This document shows positions 39,839 through 48,518 of a stretch of DNA of 64,000 nucleotides, one piece after another. The stretch covers positions 1,513 to 65,512 of the forward strand of contig JAMPHU010000010.1 in the NCBI GenBank assembly GCA_023663225.1, read 5' to 3'. The stretch comes from Candidatus Gastranaerophilales bacterium (lineage in GTDB: Bacteria; Bacillota; Clostridia; Lachnospirales; Lachnospiraceae). A program made the position numbers and the translations under genes. How positions within the stretch are numbered: position 1 is the first letter of the stretch; each line of letters opens with the position of its first letter. The notes beneath the pieces are model-generated. The model was not told where the DNA came from. It saw only the letters and a list, made by a program, of their open reading frames with translations, and did not search any database.

Positions 39839-39931
39839 ATCTTCCTCGTTTCTGCGCTGCTTTGTCTTGGCGGTTTTTAGACGGCAGAGTCCGCGTGTGC
39901 AGCGCAGCGCGTCCCCTGCCTTTTGTGACGT

Positions 39932-39961
39932 AAAAAAGTCGAAGGAAAATCCCTTCGACTT
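39932..39961 (-). terminator. Rho-independent terminator after the nitroreductase gene, 95 nt upstream of pyrB
   Basis: Minus-strand AAGTCGAAGG-GATTTT-CCTTCGACTT followed by TTTTTT. Confidence 0.7.
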
Positions 39962-39966
39962 ATTTG

Positions 39967-40503
39967 TCATTTGTAGGATAGCAATTCTTCCACGGTCTTT
40001 CTCTTGGGAGCAACGGGATCTTCCGCGGGATATCCGATGGGAATGAGAGCGATCAGATCTCTGTCATCGGGAATGTCCAACAATAGAGAGGCCTCCTCCT
40101 GGTCAAATATACCCATGATAACGGTGCCAAGTCCCTGCTCGTAAGCGGCCAGACAAAACGCCTCACTGGCAACGCCGGCATCAAACATCTGCCAGGAGTC
40201 ACCGCGTCCGGTGGTAAAGGAACCGTCCCGCTCATAGCCGCTGCGCCCTTTTATAATCGTGACGGCCACCACCATGGGAGCGCTTTGGATGATCGCGCCG
40301 TTGCCGGGGAAAGCTGAAGTACAGTGAGACAACTTTTCCTTGGTCTCGCCCTCCACTGCGATATAGCGGGTGATCTGGGAATGTTTCCAACTGGGGGCAT
40401 AAGAAGCGGTGGCTACGATGTCCGCCAGGATCTCATGCGGGACAGGCTGCTCTGTAAATTTGCGGATACTTCTGCGTCCGGTGATACATTCTTTTCCGGT
40501 CAT
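39967..40503 (-). CDS. Nitroreductase-family protein
   Basis: N-terminal [13 protein letters not shown], about 180 aa, typical NfnB/NADH-oxidase-fold pattern. GGAGG RBS 24 nt after the abiEii stop. Confidence 0.85.
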   Translation of the reverse strand: MTGKECITGRRSIRKFTEQPVPHEILADIVATASYAPSWKHSQITRYIAVEGETKEKLSHCTSAFPGNGAIIQSAPMVVAVTIIKGRSGYERDGSFTTGRGDSWQMFDAGVASEAFCLAAYEQGLGTVIMGIFDQEEASLLLDIPDDRDLIALIPIGYPAEDPVAPKRKTVEELLSYK

Positions 40504-40527
40504 GGCATACCTCCTGAACTTTTTTCT

Positions 40528-41424
40528 CTATCTTACCATTTTAGGGGGAGAGATGCAAGGTTTTTGTGATTTGGATTGATATAGCTGCCCGAAAGACAGT
40601 TCCGTATCTTCCGGTTTTAGAATCGCGGCTAAATAATCCTTTACCTGTTTCTGCGCGGAGGCCAGGTCAAAGCATTCTCCACGGCGCAGCACTGGTGTAA
40701 GGTCCGTCCTGATTTTCCGTGCGGATATGCTGTCGATACCGTCGAAGTCAAAGTGTTCCGGCACGGTTTCTGAAGCAATCGCCGCGTAGAACATAATACA
40801 CTTTCTGAAAAGCGGCTCCTGCGTCTCGTCAAACAATCCATACTTCTGCATATTGAACATATCATATAAATCCCGCGGAGCCGCCCGGTTTAAGAGGGCA
40901 ACCGTCTTTGCGGAGAAGATTTCCAGAGGATTAACGCTTAATACGGTAAGCTCCTGATCGTTCCATGGCAAATAAACCGGTCTGCGGAAAACGGGCAGCG
41001 TATGGCATCGGAGCATATAGTTGATCTCTATTTTCAGGTTGTCTTTCATTCCTCCGGCATTCACATATTCGTACACGAAGGAATCCAGCGCGTGGTATTG
41101 CTTTGATTTCAAACTGAGCGTATAGTCGGAAGCCGCCATGTATTTTTGTATGTGTTTATTGATCTGCTCCCGCTCCGCCAGCATAGATTCCCTTGATACA
41201 TCCTTTGAGAAATCGAGGTCTATATCAACCGACAGGCGGGGCAGATCAAAAATCGTCAGATTGATTGCCGTGCCGCCTTTCAGTGCGAGGCTGTCCGCAA
41301 GTAGCTCATCGCTTTCCATAAAAGAAAGAACGTCCGCGAGGCGGCATACCTTCTCAAATGTGTCACGGACAAAGCCGAGTTCTTTGGCCTGCCTGCCAAG
41401 CGTAACGCGGTCAAAGCGCATCAT
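40528..41424 (-). CDS. abiEii: AbiEii/AbiGii-family nucleotidyltransferase toxin (type IV TA/abortive infection)
   Basis: DUF1814-type motifs LALKGGTAINL..LSVDIDLDF and APRDLYDM. Overlaps the upstream antitoxin gene by 14 nt. Confidence 0.8.
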   Translation of the reverse strand: MMRFDRVTLGRQAKELGFVRDTFEKVCRLADVLSFMESDELLADSLALKGGTAINLTIFDLPRLSVDIDLDFSKDVSRESMLAEREQINKHIQKYMAASDYTLSLKSKQYHALDSFVYEYVNAGGMKDNLKIEINYMLRCHTLPVFRRPVYLPWNDQELTVLSVNPLEIFSAKTVALLNRAAPRDLYDMFNMQKYGLFDETQEPLFRKCIMFYAAIASETVPEHFDFDGIDSISARKIRTDLTPVLRRGECFDLASAQKQVKDYLAAILKPEDTELSFGQLYQSKSQKPCISPPKMVR

Positions 41425-42175
41425 AATCAGTTACCCCCTTATTGATGATCGTTTTCAAATCCTTTGGAGCAAACAGTTTCCATCTGTTATGAAGGACAAA
41501 ATCGTTCTGCTTTTCAAAGAGATAGGTCTTACTGGCAGAAGAACGTTTTTCACATTCCGCAAAAAACGGTTCCGGTAAAGACAGTTCCTCTTTCCATGCT
41601 TCAAGAATATATCCGGCCTTTTGATAGAGCTGCGCCCGGCCGTACAGTTCCAGCGCGTCAAGCAATTTGTTATAATCAAGCGATGGAATCAGGAGAAGGC
41701 AGCGTAGCAATTCTTCCAGGCCTCCGATCTTTTCAAAATCCGCTATACTGTCTATCACGGTTCGCTCTAAAGAAGTCACGCAGATGCCGGTGTCTGTTTT
41801 TATGGTGTCCGTATTTCCCCGGTAGGCCATCGGACAGTAATTTACGCCGTCATAGGAAAACGGGCGGACGCGCTTTTGGGTGGTGAAGTACACATCATAA
41901 AAAACCTGGTTCGCATATCCGTAATATTCAAAGGCGCTGTGGTGGGACACACAGGCATCGTCTGTCACGCGGGAAGCTATCTGGTAGCAGTTCGGGATCG
42001 CCTGTCCGGTTTCCATGCTGATGACCGCATACAGATTGCGGCGCACACGCTCGATATATCCTTTTTGCAGATAACTCTTTATCTGCCATACAGCAGAGCT
42101 TTCTGATCCGGCGAGCTGCACCATATCATCATGTGTAAAACAGCGCAAGGCGGCAAGCTTTTTGTATAGTTCCAT
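41411..42175 (-). CDS. abiEi: AbiEi-family antitoxin/transcriptional regulator
   Basis: N-terminal winged-helix-like region (YLQKGYIERVRRNLYAV) and a C-terminal AbiEi_4-like domain. Canonical position upstream of abiEii. Confidence 0.75.
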   Translation of the reverse strand: MELYKKLAALRCFTHDDMVQLAGSESSAVWQIKSYLQKGYIERVRRNLYAVISMETGQAIPNCYQIASRVTDDACVSHHSAFEYYGYANQVFYDVYFTTQKRVRPFSYDGVNYCPMAYRGNTDTIKTDTGICVTSLERTVIDSIADFEKIGGLEELLRCLLLIPSLDYNKLLDALELYGRAQLYQKAGYILEAWKEELSLPEPFFAECEKRSSASKTYLFEKQNDFVLHNRWKLFAPKDLKTIINKGVTDYDAL

Positions 42176-42201
42176 TGCACAGCCTCCTTTTTTTTGTTTT
42201 T

Positions 42202-42230
42202 ATTATAACGCAAAACAAGAGAAAATACAA
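42202..42230 (-). promoter_or_regulatory. Candidate abiEi promoter (TTGTAT-N17-TATAAT on the minus strand)
   Basis: Plus-strand ATTATA at 42202-42207 and ATACAA at 42225-42230, with a 17-nt spacer, about 25 nt upstream of the abiEi start. Confidence 0.45.
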
Positions 42231-42321
42231 TAGTTTTGAGCAGATTTAGAAATAATCGTTTTTTGTCTTGTTAATTCGTGACAATCGTTACACAGTTTTT
42301 GAAAAGTTTATAGAAAAGGTT

Positions 42322-42350
42322 TTGCATAAAGGGGGAATTTCTACTATAAT
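42322..42350 (+). promoter_or_regulatory. Candidate promoter of the PH-domain gene (TTGCAT-N17-TATAAT)
   Basis: TTGCAT at 42322-42327 and TATAAT at 42345-42350. Confidence 0.5.
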
Positions 42351-42394
42351 AAAAGAACAAAGACTTTTCAGTGGAGAGAGGAGTAGGAGATCAA

Positions 42395-42769
42395 ATGGGT
42401 ATGGAGTTTGTAGAGAGAAAACGTTGGCTGTTTTTGGGTCTGCCCTTTACCTTCACCAAATATACGATCAAGGAGGATATGCTCACCATATCGGAAGGTT
42501 TGTTGAAAACGGTGGAGAACGACTGTTATATGTACAAGGTGCAGGATGTGGAGCACTCGGCAAGTCTGATGGAGAAGCTTTTTAAGTTGGGCACCGTGAC
42601 TTGTTATACGGGAGATACCACGCATCCCAAGCTGTATCTGAGTCATATCCGCAATTCTAAGGTCATCAAGGACTTTATCCTGCGGGAGTCCGAGGAGGCG
42701 CGGCTAAAGAGGCGCACGGTCAATATGCTTGACATCGGCTCGGGAGATCTGGAAGATGATGCTGAATGA
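42395..42769 (+). CDS. Bacterial PH (bPH)-domain protein
   Basis: RKRWLFLGLPFTFTKYTI..DMLTISEGLL..YMYKVQDV..LFKLGTVTCYTGD..LYLSHI matches the bPH/YdbT-like pattern. GGAGTAGGAG RBS before ATG 42395. Confidence 0.6.
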   Translation: MGMEFVERKRWLFLGLPFTFTKYTIKEDMLTISEGLLKTVENDCYMYKVQDVEHSASLMEKLFKLGTVTCYTGDTTHPKLYLSHIRNSKVIKDFILRESEEARLKRRTVNMLDIGSGDLEDDAE

Positions 42770-42823
42770 CAGTTGGGAATGGCAGTCGGAAATGAGGGTC
42801 GGACTGATTTATGATATCGCGTG

Positions 42824-43246
42824 TTACTGAAAACGGTGAGAGTTGTTTCGTGTCAGCAGGCGCTCGAACAAAAGCCCTGCTCCGAACCAGTTGGGAGCAT
42901 AGTCCAGCCGGACCAGACTCTTGATATGAAAGCGGCTGCGGGAATAATCCCAGGGGCAGAGGGCGCGGCGTTTTAAGAAGCTGCCGGCGGCAAATTCCGC
43001 AGAGAAGATCAGCGTCATGTAGGTGAGACCGCGCAGCAAAAGCGGCTTGTGCTTCATCGACCGAAAGAGGGGCGCAAGGAGAGCGGCGGAGCCGTAGATA
43101 GGGAACATCCAGATAGAGGTGGTGCCTTTCAATTTCCACTCTCGACGGCGCAGAGCGTGAAGCGCGGTGAAAAAGATCTCCATGCACCACCCTGTCACGC
43201 CGCACAGGATGAAGTTGTGTAGGAAGCGGCGGATCATTTTTGTCAT
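42824..43246 (-). CDS. Small membrane protein of the PF06541-like ('ABC-transporter type IV') family
   Basis: CGVTGWCMEIFFTAL..WMFPIYGSAALL..CPWDYS motifs, paralogous to the 21881-22825 N-domain. Start uncertain (43246 or 43291). Confidence 0.6.
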   Translation of the reverse strand: MTKMIRRFLHNFILCGVTGWCMEIFFTALHALRRREWKLKGTTSIWMFPIYGSAALLAPLFRSMKHKPLLLRGLTYMTLIFSAEFAAGSFLKRRALCPWDYSRSRFHIKSLVRLDYAPNWFGAGLLFERLLTRNNSHRFQ

Positions 43247-43362
43247 ATAAGGCCCTTTCGCGAAATACTTTCTTCGGATTAGTATGGACATTTATTTTCA
43301 AAATAAACATATTGTACAATGACCTTATTCTAAGGCAGCAAATGGCCGGATGGGGAGAGCGG

Positions 43363-44643
43363 ATGACAGAGAAGGATGTGATGGAGTACATAGGATCTCT
43401 GCAGGGCAGAGGGATCGTGCCGGGGTTGGAAGGCATCAGAGAGCTTTGCCGTAGGCTGGGCAATCCGCAGGACGCTCTTTCCTTTGTCCACATTGCGGGG
43501 ACCAACGGGAAGGGCTCCACGCTGGCGTTTGTGTCCACCGTCTTAAAATGTGCGGGATATAAGGTGGGACGGTATCTCTCTCCCACGATCTTCCACTATA
43601 GGGAGCGGATACAGGTGGGAGGACGCCCGATCTCGAAAGCGGCGCTCTGTGAAGGGATAGAACTGGTGCAAGGGGTTTGCGAGGAGATGGTACGAGAGGG
43701 ATGGAGTCAACCCACTGCTTTTGAGGTGGAGACGGCTCTGGCTTTTTGGTATTTTCATAAAAAAGCATGTGATATTGTTGTGTTGGAGGCAGGTATGGGC
43801 GGAAGTCTCGACGCTACCAATATCGTGACCACAACAGTAACGAGTGTTATTACATCGGTCGGGATGGATCATATGAAGTTCTTGGGCAATACGCTGCGCG
43901 AGATCGCCCTACAAAAAGCGGGTGTTATTAAAGAAGGTTGTCCGGTGGTGTTGCTTGAACAGAGCGAGGAAGTATCCCGGGTGGTGGAGCAGGCAGCCGG
44001 AGAAAAGGGAGCGCGTCTGATCGTTGCAAGAGGAAGTGACGCTGTCAGGATACGGTCGGGACTTGAGAGACAGCGTTTTGACTACGGTGGTCTTAAAGGT
44101 CTGGAAATCTCTCTGGCGGGAACCTTTCAGATAGACAATGCGGTGCTCGCCATCGAGACGATCCGCACGCTCGCCGGACAAGGCTATTCCGTGAAAGAGG
44201 AGGCTCTGCGCAGGGGACTGCGTGAGACCGTATGGCGGGGACGTTTCAGCGTGCTTCGCAAAAATCCTCTTTTTGTGGTGGATGGGGCGCACAATGAGGA
44301 CGCCGCGCAAAAACTTGCTCAAACCATCGAAATTTATTTTACAAATAGGCGGATTATTTATATAATGGGGGTATTGAAGGACAAGGAATATGAGAAGATC
44401 ATAGATTTGACACACAAGTATGCGGATCAGATCATCACAGTGACGCCGCCTGACAATCCCAGGGCGATGCACGCTTATGAATTGGCCAGGGAGATCGCCA
44501 GAGTGCACCCGCTTGTGACGGCGGTGGACAGTCTGGAGGAAGCGGTGGAGATGAGCTTGCTTTTAGCGGGCAAGGAGGATGTGATCCTGGCGTTTGGCTC
44601 GCTGTCTTACTTGGGCAGGCTGATGGAGATCGTGACAAGGTGA
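43363..44643 (+). CDS. folC: Bifunctional folylpolyglutamate synthase/dihydrofolate synthase
   Basis: Mur-ligase P-loop [11 protein letters not shown], plus VLEAGMGG and DGAHN motifs. ATG 43363 preferred over the ORF-track start. Confidence 0.9.
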   Translation: MTEKDVMEYIGSLQGRGIVPGLEGIRELCRRLGNPQDALSFVHIAGTNGKGSTLAFVSTVLKCAGYKVGRYLSPTIFHYRERIQVGGRPISKAALCEGIELVQGVCEEMVREGWSQPTAFEVETALAFWYFHKKACDIVVLEAGMGGSLDATNIVTTTVTSVITSVGMDHMKFLGNTLREIALQKAGVIKEGCPVVLLEQSEEVSRVVEQAAGEKGARLIVARGSDAVRIRSGLERQRFDYGGLKGLEISLAGTFQIDNAVLAIETIRTLAGQGYSVKEEALRRGLRETVWRGRFSVLRKNPLFVVDGAHNEDAAQKLAQTIEIYFTNRRIIYIMGVLKDKEYEKIIDLTHKYADQIITVTPPDNPRAMHAYELAREIARVHPLVTAVDSLEEAVEMSLLLAGKEDVILAFGSLSYLGRLMEIVTR

Positions 44644-44674
44644 GTGGAGCTTACGCGAAAGAGAGGCAGAATAT

Positions 44675-45232
44675 ATGATTGACCAGGAAAAAATAAAGGA
44701 AGGCGTGAAGCTTCTGTTGGAAGGCATCGGGGAGGATGTGAACCGTGAAGGACTGTTGGAGACGCCGGATCGGATCGCCAGAATGTATGAGGAGATTTTT
44801 GCAGGCATGGATCAGGATGCCGGAGAACATCTGTCTCGAGTGTTTTCTGTGACGGACAGTGAGCTGGTGTTGGAGAGGGATATTGTGTTTCACTCGATCT
44901 GTGAACATCATCTGCTGCCTTTTTATGGGAAGGTGCATGTGGCGTATCTTCCGGATGGCAAAGTGGTAGGTTTGAGCAAGCTGGCGCGGACGGTGGAGGT
45001 CTACGCTCGCAGGCCCCAGATCCAGGAGCGCATGACAGGGCAGATTGCAGATGCCCTTATGAAATATTTAGAACCCCGCGGGGTGATGGTCGTGGTGGAG
45101 GCGGAGCATATGTGTATGACGATGCGCGGTGTCAAAAAGCCGGGCAGCACTACGCTCAGCGCGGCGGCGAGAGGCGTGTTTCAGGATGACATGGCATTAC
45201 AGGATCGGTTTTTCTCCCTGCTGCACAGATAG
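44675..45232 (+). CDS. folE: GTP cyclohydrolase I
   Basis: Signature [22 protein letters not shown] and RPQIQERMT. Confidence 0.95.
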   Translation: MIDQEKIKEGVKLLLEGIGEDVNREGLLETPDRIARMYEEIFAGMDQDAGEHLSRVFSVTDSELVLERDIVFHSICEHHLLPFYGKVHVAYLPDGKVVGLSKLARTVEVYARRPQIQERMTGQIADALMKYLEPRGVMVVVEAEHMCMTMRGVKKPGSTTLSAAARGVFQDDMALQDRFFSLLHR

Positions 45233-45261
45233 GAAGGGTGTCAAGGCGGCGGGGTTTAATA

Positions 45262-45339
45262 AACAACGGGCAGCACGCTCCGCGAACTGCCCTTATGTTA
45301 AACAACGGGCAGTATGCTCCGCGAACTGCCCTTATGTTA
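45262..45339 (+). repeat. Two tandem 39-nt units, each containing a GGGCAG/CTGCCC stem-loop
   Basis: AACAACGGGCAG(CAC/TAT)GCTCCGCGAACTGCCCTTATGTTA at 45262-45300 and 45301-45339. The two copies differ at 2 positions. Confidence 0.85.
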
Positions 45340-45367
45340 ATCAAAACAGCGAAGGAGGATGTGGGCA

Positions 45368-46174
45368 ATGAAGATTGGGAACAGGGAATTTGACACAAAT
45401 GAACACACATATGTGATGGGAATCCTGAACGTGACACCAGATTCCTTTTCCGACGGCGGAAAATGGAATGACAAGGATCGGGCTTTGCGCCGTGTGGAAG
45501 AGATGTTGGCGGAAGGCATGGATGTGGTGGATGTGGGAGGCGAGTCCACACGTCCGGGACACACTTCCCTGTCCGCCGAGGAAGAGATCGCCAGAGTACT
45601 CCCTGTTATTGAGGCTGTCAAGACCAATTTTGACGTGCCGATCTCTCTGGATACCTGCAAGAGCAGCGTGGCCAGCGCCGGTATCGAGGCGGGAGTCAGC
45701 CTGATCAACGATGTGTGGGGACTCAAACACGACGAAGGAATGGCTGCGGTGATCGCAAAGAGTGGACTGCCCTGTTGTCTGGTGCACAACCGCAAGGAGG
45801 AGTCCTATCAGCATCTTATGCAGGATATTGCGGAGGAGTTGGCGGGCAGTATTCAACTGGCGAGACAGGCGGGTATTGCGGATGAGAAGATTATATTGGA
45901 TCCGGGCATCGGTTTCGGAAAGAGCTATGAGGATAATTTGGAGATCATCCGCCATCTGGAGGAGCTCAATATGTTTGGTTATCCCCTTATGTTGGGTTGC
46001 AGCCGCAAGTCTGTGATAGGCACGGCGTTGGATCTGCCTGTCACGGAGCGTATGGAGGGCACTTTGGTCACCACAGTCATGGCCGTGATGAAGGGCTGCG
46101 GTTTTGTGCGCGTGCATGATGTAAAAGAAAATGTCCGTGCCGTGCGCATGGCGGAGGCGATCCTCAAAAGATAA
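45368..46174 (+). CDS. folP: Dihydropteroate synthase
   Basis: GILNVTPDSFSDGG, DVGGESTRPG and DPGIGFGK motifs. GAAGGAGG RBS is correctly spaced for ATG 45368. Confidence 0.95.
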   Translation: MKIGNREFDTNEHTYVMGILNVTPDSFSDGGKWNDKDRALRRVEEMLAEGMDVVDVGGESTRPGHTSLSAEEEIARVLPVIEAVKTNFDVPISLDTCKSSVASAGIEAGVSLINDVWGLKHDEGMAAVIAKSGLPCCLVHNRKEESYQHLMQDIAEELAGSIQLARQAGIADEKIILDPGIGFGKSYEDNLEIIRHLEELNMFGYPLMLGCSRKSVIGTALDLPVTERMEGTLVTTVMAVMKGCGFVRVHDVKENVRAVRMAEAILKR

Positions 46175-46291
46175 GTCAGTAACCCCGATGCAAGCAGTCG
46201 CTTGGCGCATTGCTCGCGGGAATGAACGATAACATATGATATGAATGATGAGATCGGTATCCTTCAAGAAAACTGAGGTGAACAGGAGCAG

Positions 46292-47134
46292 ATGACAGAC
46301 AACGAGATGCAATGGGACGAGATCAGGATTGAGGAGCTGGAGGTGTACGCATACCACGGCGTGTATCCGGAGGAAAATGAGAAGGGACAGCCCTTTTTTA
46401 TCAACGCGAGACTGTTTACAGACACCAGAAAAGCGGGATGGAGCGATGAGCTGTCTGAGTCGATTGATTATGGAGTGGTATGCCGTTTTATCACGGAGTG
46501 GATGCGGACGCACACCTGCAAACTGATCGAGGCGGCGGCGGAGAGACTTTGCAGGGAGATGCTGCTTCGATATCCTCTGTTAAAAGGGTTGGAGTTGGAG
46601 GTTCGCAAACCAAAGGCTCCGATCGGCCTGCCTTTTGGGTCGGTCTCCGTGCGAATCAGACGCGACTGGCATGTGGCGTATTTGTCCGTGGGGTCCAACG
46701 TGGGAAATCGGAAAACCTATATTGACGAGGCCGTGAATACGCTTCAGTCAGAGTCGCACACGAAATTGGAGAAGATCTCAGATATGATCGTGACAGCGCC
46801 TTATGGCGGTGTGGCACAGGCGGACTTTTTAAACGGGGCCATAGAGATCCGCACGCTGTTAAGTCCGCGGGAATTGCTTGCGTGGCTGCATGAGATCGAG
46901 GCAGCGGCGGGCAGGGAGCGGACGGTGCGATGGGGCCCCAGAACGTTGGATCTGGACATCCTGTTTTATGACAAAATGGTGTATGAGGACGAGAGCTTGA
47001 TCATTCCCCATGCGGATATGCAGAACCGAAGCTTTGTATTGAAACCCCTCAACGAGATCGCTCCGAATTTCCGTCATCCTCTTTTGGGTCTGACGGTAGC
47101 GCAGATGTTGGACGGTTTAGAAGGCGGAGCATAA
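46292..47134 (+). CDS. folK: Bifunctional dihydroneopterin aldolase / 6-hydroxymethyl-dihydropterin pyrophosphokinase
   Basis: N-domain FolB (IRIEELEVYAYHGVYPEENEKGQPF). C-domain HPPK (AYLSVGSNVGNR..RWGPRTLDLDILFYD..PHADM). Confidence 0.9.
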   Translation: MTDNEMQWDEIRIEELEVYAYHGVYPEENEKGQPFFINARLFTDTRKAGWSDELSESIDYGVVCRFITEWMRTHTCKLIEAAAERLCREMLLRYPLLKGLELEVRKPKAPIGLPFGSVSVRIRRDWHVAYLSVGSNVGNRKTYIDEAVNTLQSESHTKLEKISDMIVTAPYGGVAQADFLNGAIEIRTLLSPRELLAWLHEIEAAAGRERTVRWGPRTLDLDILFYDKMVYEDESLIIPHADMQNRSFVLKPLNEIAPNFRHPLLGLTVAQMLDGLEGGA

Positions 47135-47606
47135 AATGTGCGCAGCAGCCGGTGAACAGTCCGGTCAGGATGCCGCTCAATATAAGAAACGGCAGATAGG
47201 ATAAAACGCCGGGGGTGGCGGTGATCAGAATGGCGGCCCCAATCTGCCCAATATTGTGGCAGATGGCTCCCAAGATGCTGGTGAGGGGAAGAAAATGTCC
47301 CTGGAGGAGACGGTGAAACAGGCTCATGCCGGCCAGACATAACAACCCTCCGGTCAGGCTGTAGAGGAGGCTCAAGGCCTGACCAAAGAGCAGGGCGGAC
47401 AGCAGGATGCGCACAACCAGCACATAGAGAGCGTCTCTGGCGGAGTATTTTTTTAATACAACAAGTGTTATTATATTGGAAAGTCCCAACTTTACGCCCG
47501 GCAGGGGGACAGGAGGCGGCAGAGCGCTCTCTACGGCGTAGACGGCCAGAGCGAGTGTGGCAAAGAGAGCCAGGGAAGTCAGTTTGCTTGTGGAAAAACG
47601 GCGCAT
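47049..47606 (-). CDS. Gx transporter family membrane protein (Hpre_diP_synt_I-like)
   Basis: ALFATLALAVYAVESALPPPVPLPGVKLGLSNIITLVVL is the family-typical N-terminus. Five to six TM helices. 3' end overlaps folK by 86 nt in convergent orientation. Confidence 0.65.
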   Translation of the reverse strand: MRRFSTSKLTSLALFATLALAVYAVESALPPPVPLPGVKLGLSNIITLVVLKKYSARDALYVLVVRILLSALLFGQALSLLYSLTGGLLCLAGMSLFHRLLQGHFLPLTSILGAICHNIGQIGAAILITATPGVLSYLPFLILSGILTGLFTGCCAHFMLRLLNRPTSALPSDPKEDDGNSERSR

Positions 47607-47650
47607 AGCGTGACCTTTCTATGTACGGTGAGAAACGGAAAATAGTAATG

Positions 47651-48055
47651 TTAGTCAGTATCATCTGTCTCGCGGATCTGTATCGTGAGTCTGTTGGGCA
47701 GGCAGACGATGGGAAGCAGAGGACTGTCCTGAAAACCCTGACGGACACAGAGCTGATCCGGACAGCTTGCGGAGAGGACGCCGATGCGTCCGTTCTCTAT
47801 CTGGATCTCATTGTAGTCCGCCTCTCCAAAGGAGACGGTAAAAGTCTGTATTTCCGCGTTCGGGTCCAACGGAATACTCATAAGGAGCGAGCCGTCCTGA
47901 TAAATATCGGCTGTTACGATACGGGGCGACGCGGCAGCGTCCGGTCTGTCCCTGTAAAGGGCCGTCCCTATCCGGCAGACACAGGCGAAAGCGATGCACA
48001 GGATCAGTCCGCTCAGGAAAAATGCAATTATTCGGTAAGAAGGCAGTTTGTGCAA
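47651..48055 (-). CDS. NusG domain II-containing protein (DUF1312)
   Basis: N-terminal TM anchor. YNEIQIENGRIGVLSASCPDQLCVRQG matches the NusG_II CPxQxC motif. Usual partner of Gx transporter genes. Confidence 0.7.
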   Translation of the reverse strand: MHKLPSYRIIAFFLSGLILCIAFACVCRIGTALYRDRPDAAASPRIVTADIYQDGSLLMSIPLDPNAEIQTFTVSFGEADYNEIQIENGRIGVLSASCPDQLCVRQGFQDSPLLPIVCLPNRLTIQIRETDDTD

Positions 48056-48155
48056 TCGTCTGCTCCTTTCTGTGTTAAAGTATCAACCATAGTATAACAA
48101 AAAGGCGGGCAAAAATGAAGAAGAAAGTGATTATGGAGGGAAAAGAGGTATCCGC

Positions 48156-48500
48156 ATGGAAGAACACGCATATATTCATCTGAATCGTGAGACGATCGAA
48201 AAGGTGGATGAAAAGATGCCGCCGGAGGAGGAGTTGCAGGATTTGGCGGATTTTTTCAAGGTGTTTGGAGATCCCACCAGATTGAAGATTTTGTATGTCC
48301 TTCTGTGTTCGGAGATGTGCGTGTACGACATCGCCAATCTGTTGGGGATGTCTCAATCGGCGATCTCTCATCAACTCCGCGTCTTGAAGCAGATGGATCT
48401 GGTGAAGAACCGCAGAGAGGGCAAGACGATTTTTTACGCGCCTGCGGACTCTCACATTGTGACCATATTGAGTCAGGGATTAGATCATATAGAAGAATAA
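48156..48500 (+). CDS. ArsR/SmtB-family metalloregulator
   Basis: FKVFGDPTRLKILYVLLCSEMCVYDIANLLGMSQSAISHQLRVLK. Cys pair in helix 3. Confidence 0.9.
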   Translation: MEEHAYIHLNRETIEKVDEKMPPEEELQDLADFFKVFGDPTRLKILYVLLCSEMCVYDIANLLGMSQSAISHQLRVLKQMDLVKNRREGKTIFYAPADSHIVTILSQGLDHIEE

Positions 48501-48518
48501 AAGGAGGAGGAATTTGTC

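Noticed and set aside
39839-39970. Longer pyrB ORF (MTNKSK...) and a possible PyrR-type attenuator
   Set aside because: The extension crosses the nitroreductase terminator hairpin. I could not find a PyrR-binding-loop consensus, so only the terminator is reported.
45262-45339. Possibility that the short tandem repeats (here, 19402-19698 and 55792-55959) are CRISPR arrays
   Set aside because: The repeats are contiguous without unique spacers, two of the three are in-frame coding repeats, and no cas genes are present.
45341-46513. 390-aa minus-strand ORF antisense to folP and folB
   Set aside because: Shadow ORF. folP and folB-folK on the plus strand carry unambiguous signatures.
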